DNA from: Ascoidea asiatica JCM 7603
Taxonomy: Eukaryota > Fungi > Ascomycota
Length of the DNA: 64,000 nt
Direction: 5' to 3'
NCBI GenBank assembly: GCA_001600695.1
Contig: BCKQ01000003.1
Coordinates: forward strand, 1,432,526 to 1,496,525
In this document: positions 58,259 to 64,000 of the stretch, one piece after another
How positions within the stretch are numbered: the stretch's first letter is position 1
How the letters are laid out: each line of letters begins with the position of its first letter
Notes under the pieces: generated by a model
What the model was told of the DNA's origin: nothing
Database searches by the model: none
What the model saw: only the letters and a program-made list of their open reading frames with translations
Position numbers and translations under genes: made by a program

Positions 58259-61200
58259 CTATTCATGTCTGTATAAAGTTAAAGAAACCAAAGTAACTAT
58301 CACATCAGTTAGCTGCTGGAACCTTAAAGCAACAAATTCTTCACTTATTTTGCCTTTTCCAATACTTTTCGATCTTTTATTACCGAGAGTAAACTTTACT
58401 GCCTCATTTTTTCTTAATACTGAAGCTATTAATCCATCATATCTCGCTAGAAATTTTCTGGCAGAATCAATTACCAGCTTATTATTTGGCCCCACAGTTA
58501 CAACAATTGTTGACACTAATTGAAAAATAGGAATAACTATTTCAAATAAAGGCATTAATTCATTACCATTACCTTCAACATTACTTCCTATTATAGCATA
58601 TTCTAATAGATTAAGATTTCCATAGGATCTTCCGAAGTTATCTAGTTTATAATCAATTTCAATTCCAAGTTCAAAATCGAATTGAATAATACTTATAGAT
58701 TGTAATAATTTGAATATATGATATTTTAATAGCATTTGAGTACCAATATTACTTTTTGCAATATTATACAAAAAATATATTGCAGCTTTGAAGAAAGATA
58801 ATTCGGCTAAAACAAACGTTATTGCCAAACTATTGATTTCTCCTAATCGATTAAGATCTCCTAATAAAATTTTATTTATCTCCTTCAAAGATTCTAATAA
58901 TTCAGGTATGAAATTATTTTTCATTAAAGCGTTTAAAAATAGATTAAATTTACTTGTTTCACCTAATTGATATAAAGACTGTAATAAAACAATGGATGTA
59001 ACTTTAATTTGATCATCACCGTTTATAATATCATCACATACAACTTCACTCAAATTATCAACAGAAAATTTGATGGTTTTTAAAATATTTTGACTAATTT
59101 CTTTGTCTTGTAAAACACATAAAAGATAATGATTACACAAAATATATAAATTAGATCTTAACCTTATAGACTGATTTGCGTTATGAATATTATCAAGACA
59201 TGATTTGAATAAAGGATACAATCTTTCGCAAAACAATGAAACATTTTTTCCCAATTTTTTATTCAATAACTCCAATTCACTAATTTCTTCAATATCAAAT
59301 TTTTTATCGCCTAGTTTAATACTATCCTTATAATATAAGTCAAATAATAAGATGCATAAAGATGCAAGCTCTTCTGAGAAAACAGACTCATTTGAAATAA
59401 AATAATTGATTTTTGGGATGATAAGCAGAAACAAACCAAGAATAAAATCAGATCTCTCTAAAGGATTCAACTTTGTCTTTAATAATATTAATATAACAAA
59501 TTTTATCCAAGCCCTTAAGTATTTTAACTGTATTTTTTGAACTTTAATTATAGAGTTTACATTTAAAATAAACTTTTTTGCAAGATTTTTCTCTTCAATA
59601 ATATCACAATTATCAGTCTGAGCTAAAATATCTTCATTATCAACTGGGAAAAAGGTTATTGATTTTTGATTACCTAGAACTTTTTCTGCAACGGAACTTT
59701 TATATCTTAAGTCTAAAATATAATCAAGGGACTCCAAATTGAAGCATTCTTGTTTATCTCCATGATTGATATCATCCGTTGAATTTTTTATCCATTCAAT
59801 TATAGAAGTCATTTCCAATTTTTGAAAGTATTTCATACCATTAAGAAACTTGGATTCAGGAGTGGATATTATATTGAAATCTAATATATCCAAATAGGAA
59901 TTAATTTTCAACGGGTCTTTTGATAATTGATTCTTAGAGATCAAAATTTTAACAAGGTTACTAAGATCATCTGAAAGACCATTAGTTTCAAGATCATTGA
60001 TTTCCATAATAATATACTCCATTATAAAATCTTTAAATTTGAAATATAAATAAAAACAATCAGAAGCACACTCATGATTTGAAAATTCATTTTCAATATT
60101 TTTAAAATCTCCATTGAATGCAGAACCTCCCCATTTTGTAGTTTTCAAACTAGTCTTGATATTAATTTTAGTGAGCTTTTCAACAAAATTTCTTTCACGT
60201 AAAAGTTGAAGAGTCAATCTAGATGTTAGATTATTCTTAACTAATTTTAAAAGTATCTCCATAATGAGTGAGAGACATCTCACAGCAGAATAATTTATTT
60301 GACTTATGAGAACATTTTCATTCTCCAAAATCTGAATAAAACAATCAAACATTAGTAATATTGAATCCCACAAGGACATTTCCTGAGAAATTTTAGGAAC
60401 TCCCTCAATTGTCAATAATAATGGGCTATTGGAAGTATTTTGGAAGTCGAATCCAAGTAAAAAATGAGCTATTGTAGTTTCTTTTGAAAAGGAAGATAGA
60501 TTTATATCAATGAACCTTAACAATTGCATTTTCAAAGCTAACAACTCTTCCAAATGGGTAGTATCTCTGTTGAATGAATTTGCATCATTGGATTTAGACA
60601 TCAAAGCTACATCAAAAAGCTCATATATAGATGATTCCATTTGATTTATAAAAGAGTAAATAACTTTAACTGGATCATCCAAGCTTTCAATTATTGTTAA
60701 TAGCCTATTTTTTGGGAAAGAGCTTGAACTCCTTATTTTACTATTAGCCTTTGATGAAGAAATAGAACATTGTCTTGATTTTGAAAGTTTGTTCAAAAAT
60801 ATGGCAACATTAGAACTTATCGATAGATGATCAGACCCGATAAAAAGTGAAGAATTGGTAATTATAGATAAATTTGATACAATATGATCCACTATAGGTA
60901 TAAATCCATGTAAACCAAAGTCTCTGGGAATATAGGAAAAGAAATATATGGGAGATTCAGATTTAATAGAAGGAACAACAATATCCACAAAAGTTGTTTC
61001 AAAATCTAAAAATTTGTTCATGATTTTAAAAGCCAAACCGATTGATATTATTTCAGGGTCATCGCTATCCTTGGTATTAATATCATCGAAGCTTGAGGAA
61101 ATTATCGAAAACAAAACCCTCTGAACGTCTTCTTTATAAAGAAAATTCATTATAGCCGAAGATGGATTTTCCTTCAAATATTCTGTAAATGAAATATCAG

Positions 61201-64000
61201 TTCCCTCTAAAAACCTATCAATACTATCTTCTCCAGAAAACTGACTTAGTTTTATAAAATTAGGATCGAAATTATTGAAACAGCTCAAAATAAAATTGAG
61301 AATTGTAGCCTTTAATAACCCTTTATTTTCTACTGATAAAGAAATTGAGTTTAAGTTTGCAAACACTTCAACAAGAATATATTCCACGTAAGGCCAAAAC
61401 CCAGATTTACGATAGTTACCACCTAATTTTTTTGGAAAAGGTAAAAATAGAGTCGAAGTGGAAAAATAATCTGTGCCAACCATAGTATTAAGTAAGTCTA
61501 CAAAACTTAAAAGATCATTAAAATTTCTGAAAGACTTTTCAATTGCATCTTTAAATCTATTATCTCTTGCAAGGCCTCGGTTCGTATTGAAATTGAAAAT
61601 CCATGAATCGATTGAGTCAAAAACTTTATAGGACACTGTTAAATCCGATGATATGAGTGATTTTAAAACACGGAAAATACTTGCATTGAAATTACAATCC
61701 CTCGAGTTTAAAAAGGCCATTAAAATTTCAAGTAAATTGAATTTGGAACTTGTACAAAAAAATTGTTTGATATCATTAGATAATGAGCACAATGTAGCTA
61801 ATAATCTCAAATTTGAAGATATTTCATAAAGTGAACTATCTGATAAAATGAATGTGGAAGGAGAATCATTTGATAAACTAATATATGGATTAGAATTGTT
61901 TGCAATCAATTGATCTTTATATGATTTTAATGATTCAAAAATAGATGAAATACTCAATTTATCAGAATTATTTTGTTTGACGGCTAAAGAAGTAATATCA
62001 TTTGAAGCAGATTGAAAAAGTAAAAAACCAGCAGAATTTTGATTAGAACCATTGTTAAATTTAGATTTGGAATCTTTTGATGATTGAGTTAATAAAGTTT
62101 TTAAAGATACCCCATCATTCAATATTTGAAAGAAATTTAAAGAAGATTTTGAATCGGTAATAAATGAACTCAACATTAAAGTAAAAGCGGATTTCATTAA
62201 AGGTGTATTTGTTTTGATTAAACCCCAGTAAATGAAATCAAAAGTTGTATTATCTTCATCATTGATAAACCATTGATCAGCAGCAGGATCAATAATATTT
62301 ATATAATATATTAAGAGGTAAAGTCTTTCAAGATCTGCAATTTCAGTTACTTCATCTAAAATAGAATAGTTTATAATTTTATTATTTACATTTGAACCAT
62401 TATTACTATTTGGACTATTATTTATCATTCCATTATTATTATTTATATTGCTATTCAAGTTGTTGTTAATACCATTATCATTATTATTATTATTTTGATT
62501 ATTGTCATTATTACCATTAATATTATTGTTATTAGACAAAAGAAAATCTTCTTCAAAATCAGAAATTTTGTTTAATAAATTTAAACAATTTTTAATGAAC
62601 TGCTTTACAACTAATATTAACTGAGAAGAGATTAAAGATTTAAAATTTTCATTTAATTTATATGTATTTTGTATTTCAGCCAATTGATTACTTTTTGAAT
62701 TTATTGAACTATTAGAACCATCAGTATATGAATTATTATTAATATCATTGAGATTATTATTACTATTAATACTGTTACTATTATTATAATTTGAATTAAA
62801 ATTATTATTAGTATTAAATTTTGAATCAAAAGCATTTGAAGCTAAAGAATTATTGATTAAATCTGAAGAAGAATCAAGTAATTGTGAAGGTGATAAAGGT
62901 GGTAAATGTTTTTGTAAAATATATCTAAAATCAATAAAAGATTTTTTTGATAATTTAAAATCTAAAAAATTTTCACAATTTGAATTTGTACTTGAATAAT
63001 TTGAAATATCTGCAGTTATGGACATTAAAGCTTCAATTGAAGATAATTTTATAGTATCTAAAATTAAATTTTGTAAAGAATGAATTTTATATTTATCAAT
63101 TTTGGAAAAAATAGTATAATTTAATAAATTTGTTAAAAATATAAAAGCTAATGAAGAAAAAATTGGATTTGTATTTAATAAAGAATCACTTATTTTTAAT
63201 TGATTAATGAAATAATTGTATAAAGTATCAATTTTTTTTAAATTATCATTTTTTTGATTATTTTCAATTTTGAATAAATTATTAAAATAATTAAGAATTG
63301 GAGGTAAATAAAATATAATAAATAAATCATTTTTATTATCATTTAAATAAATATTTTCTTTTAAAAAAAATTTTATAAATAAATTTATATCAATATTGAT
63401 ATTTATATTTGTATAAGAATATAAAATTTCAGATAAAATTTGAAAATTATTAATTAATTGAGATTTTTTAAAATTTATTTTCAATAAAAATTGTTGATTG
63501 AAATTATTTAAATTATTATCATTATTTAATAATTTATTTTGAATTAATTGATCATTTATGAAATTGAATTGAGAATTAATATTATTAATTGAATTAAATA
63601 AAGAAATTGATAAAAATTGATCATCATTAATAATAAAATCAGGTAAATAATTTGAATTTAATAAAAAAGATAATATTAGAAGTAAAATTTCATTTCTTTT
63701 ATAATAATGTATAATTGCTTGATCTAATTGATCTATACCTTGAATTGAAATATTTTTATTATTAATAAAAGATTGATTTGAGTTTGAATTTGAATTTGAA
63801 TTTGAATTAATGTCAGAAGAAATTAATAATTCACAAGCTATCAATTCATCAATATTTAAGAATTGTGATAATTGAATAGTCAATAATTTAAAAGGTTGAT
63901 TTAAATTATAAATAAATGGAGAATTATTTGAATAAATTTTAATATTTGAACCTTTTTCAATCAAATCTCTTGAAATTTGATTTGGTTTTTTGATATTTAA
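58259..64000 (-). CDS. NUP192: Nucleoporin Nup192/Nup205, 5' end beyond the window
   Basis: >1900-aa helical ORF apparently open to the window edge. ADLERLYL, FIYWG, PKKLGGNYRKSGFWPYVEY, TIAHFLLGFD. Poly-Asn insertions. Confidence 0.88.
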   Translation of the reverse strand, partial: LNIKKPNQISRDLIEKGSNIKIYSNNSPFIYNLNQPFKLLTIQLSQFLNIDELIACELLISSDINSNSNSNSNSNQSFINNKNISIQGIDQLDQAIIHYYKRNEILLLILSFLLNSNYLPDFIINDDQFLSISLFNSINNINSQFNFINDQLIQNKLLNNDNNLNNFNQQFLLKINFKKSQLINNFQILSEILYSYTNININIDINLFIKFFLKENIYLNDNKNDLFIIFYLPPILNYFNNLFKIENNQKNDNLKKIDTLYNYFINQLKISDSLLNTNPIFSSLAFIFLTNLLNYTIFSKIDKYKIHSLQNLILDTIKLSSIEALMSITADISNYSSTNSNCENFLDFKLSKKSFIDFRYILQKHLPPLSPSQLLDSSSDLINNSLASNAFDSKFNTNNNFNSNYNNSNSINSNNNLNDINNNSYTDGSNSSINSKSNQLAEIQNTYKLNENFKSLISSQLILVVKQFIKNCLNLLNKISDFEEDFLLSNNNNINGNNDNNQNNNNNDNGINNNLNSNINNNNGMINNSPNSNNGSNVNNKIINYSILDEVTEIADLERLYLLIYYINIIDPAADQWFINDEDNTTFDFIYWGLIKTNTPLMKSAFTLMLSSFITDSKSSLNFFQILNDGVSLKTLLTQSSKDSKSKFNNGSNQNSAGFLLFQSASNDITSLAVKQNNSDKLSISSIFESLKSYKDQLIANNSNPYISLSNDSPSTFILSDSSLYEISSNLRLLATLCSLSNDIKQFFCTSSKFNLLEILMAFLNSRDCNFNASIFRVLKSLISSDLTVSYKVFDSIDSWIFNFNTNRGLARDNRFKDAIEKSFRNFNDLLSFVDLLNTMVGTDYFSTSTLFLPFPKKLGGNYRKSGFWPYVEYILVEVFANLNSISLSVENKGLLKATILNFILSCFNNFDPNFIKLSQFSGEDSIDRFLEGTDISFTEYLKENPSSAIMNFLYKEDVQRVLFSIISSSFDDINTKDSDDPEIISIGLAFKIMNKFLDFETTFVDIVVPSIKSESPIYFFSYIPRDFGLHGFIPIVDHIVSNLSIITNSSLFIGSDHLSISSNVAIFLNKLSKSRQCSISSSKANSKIRSSSSFPKNRLLTIIESLDDPVKVIYSFINQMESSIYELFDVALMSKSNDANSFNRDTTHLEELLALKMQLLRFIDINLSSFSKETTIAHFLLGFDFQNTSNSPLLLTIEGVPKISQEMSLWDSILLMFDCFIQILENENVLISQINYSAVRCLSLIMEILLKLVKNNLTSRLTLQLLRERNFVEKLTKINIKTSLKTTKWGGSAFNGDFKNIENEFSNHECASDCFYLYFKFKDFIMEYIIMEINDLETNGLSDDLSNLVKILISKNQLSKDPLKINSYLDILDFNIISTPESKFLNGMKYFQKLEMTSIIEWIKNSTDDINHGDKQECFNLESLDYILDLRYKSSVAEKVLGNQKSITFFPVDNEDILAQTDNCDIIEEKNLAKKFILNVNSIIKVQKIQLKYLRAWIKFVILILLKTKLNPLERSDFILGLFLLIIPKINYFISNESVFSEELASLCILLFDLYYKDSIKLGDKKFDIEEISELELLNKKLGKNVSLFCERLYPLFKSCLDNIHNANQSIRLRSNLYILCNHYLLCVLQDKEISQNILKTIKFSVDNLSEVVCDDIINGDDQIKVTSIVLLQSLYQLGETSKFNLFLNALMKNNFIPELLESLKEINKILLGDLNRLGEINSLAITFVLAELSFFKAAIYFLYNIAKSNIGTQMLLKYHIFKLLQSISIIQFDFELGIEIDYKLDNFGRSYGNLNLLEYAIIGSNVEGNGNELMPLFEIVIPIFQLVSTIVVTVGPNNKLVIDSARKFLARYDGLIASVLRKNEAVKFTLGNKRSKSIGKGKISEEFVALRFQQLTDVIVTLVSLTLYRHE

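Noticed and set aside
1-64000. tRNA, rRNA or snRNA genes
   Set aside because: No cloverleaf or rRNA signature seen by eye. A covariance-model scan is needed to exclude small ncRNAs, e.g. the GC-richer patch at 45480-45600.

Overview
AT-rich budding-yeast (Saccharomycotina) nuclear DNA in two parts. Bases 1 to ~19,200 contain no recognisable host gene. They are a pile of nested, decayed LTR retrotransposons: a + strand Ty1/copia relic split by a ~1 kb insertion, a Ty3/gypsy integrase/PPT relic, and a - strand Ty5-type copia element with LTR, half-tRNA(iMet) PBS and gag-PR-IN-RT. That RT breaks at its catalytic motif and is fused to a different gag-like frame. The block also holds a foreign-looking stop-interrupted reading frame and a palindromic 30-bp minisatellite. 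From 19,276 onward is a gene-dense block: OSCA/PHM7-RSN1-like, DUT1, HCR1 (spliced, missing from the ORF track), an Asn-rich Myb/SANT protein, SSH1 (spliced), taspase-like, BRO1, PTH4, a 6-kb gap plus an orphan ORF, RTC6 (spliced), RTT10, DOC1, F-box/JmjC, CDC10, BET4, MRPL32 and 5'-truncated NUP192. Best leads: (1) the retroelement cluster as a regional centromere, linked to CDC10/MRPL32, which neighbour CEN3 in S. cerevisiae; (2) a probable domesticated PIF/Harbinger Myb/SANT gene; (3) a captured unknown ORF at 7.6-8.2 kb; (4) hints of CUG reassignment. All family calls come from motif recognition by eye; no searches were run.
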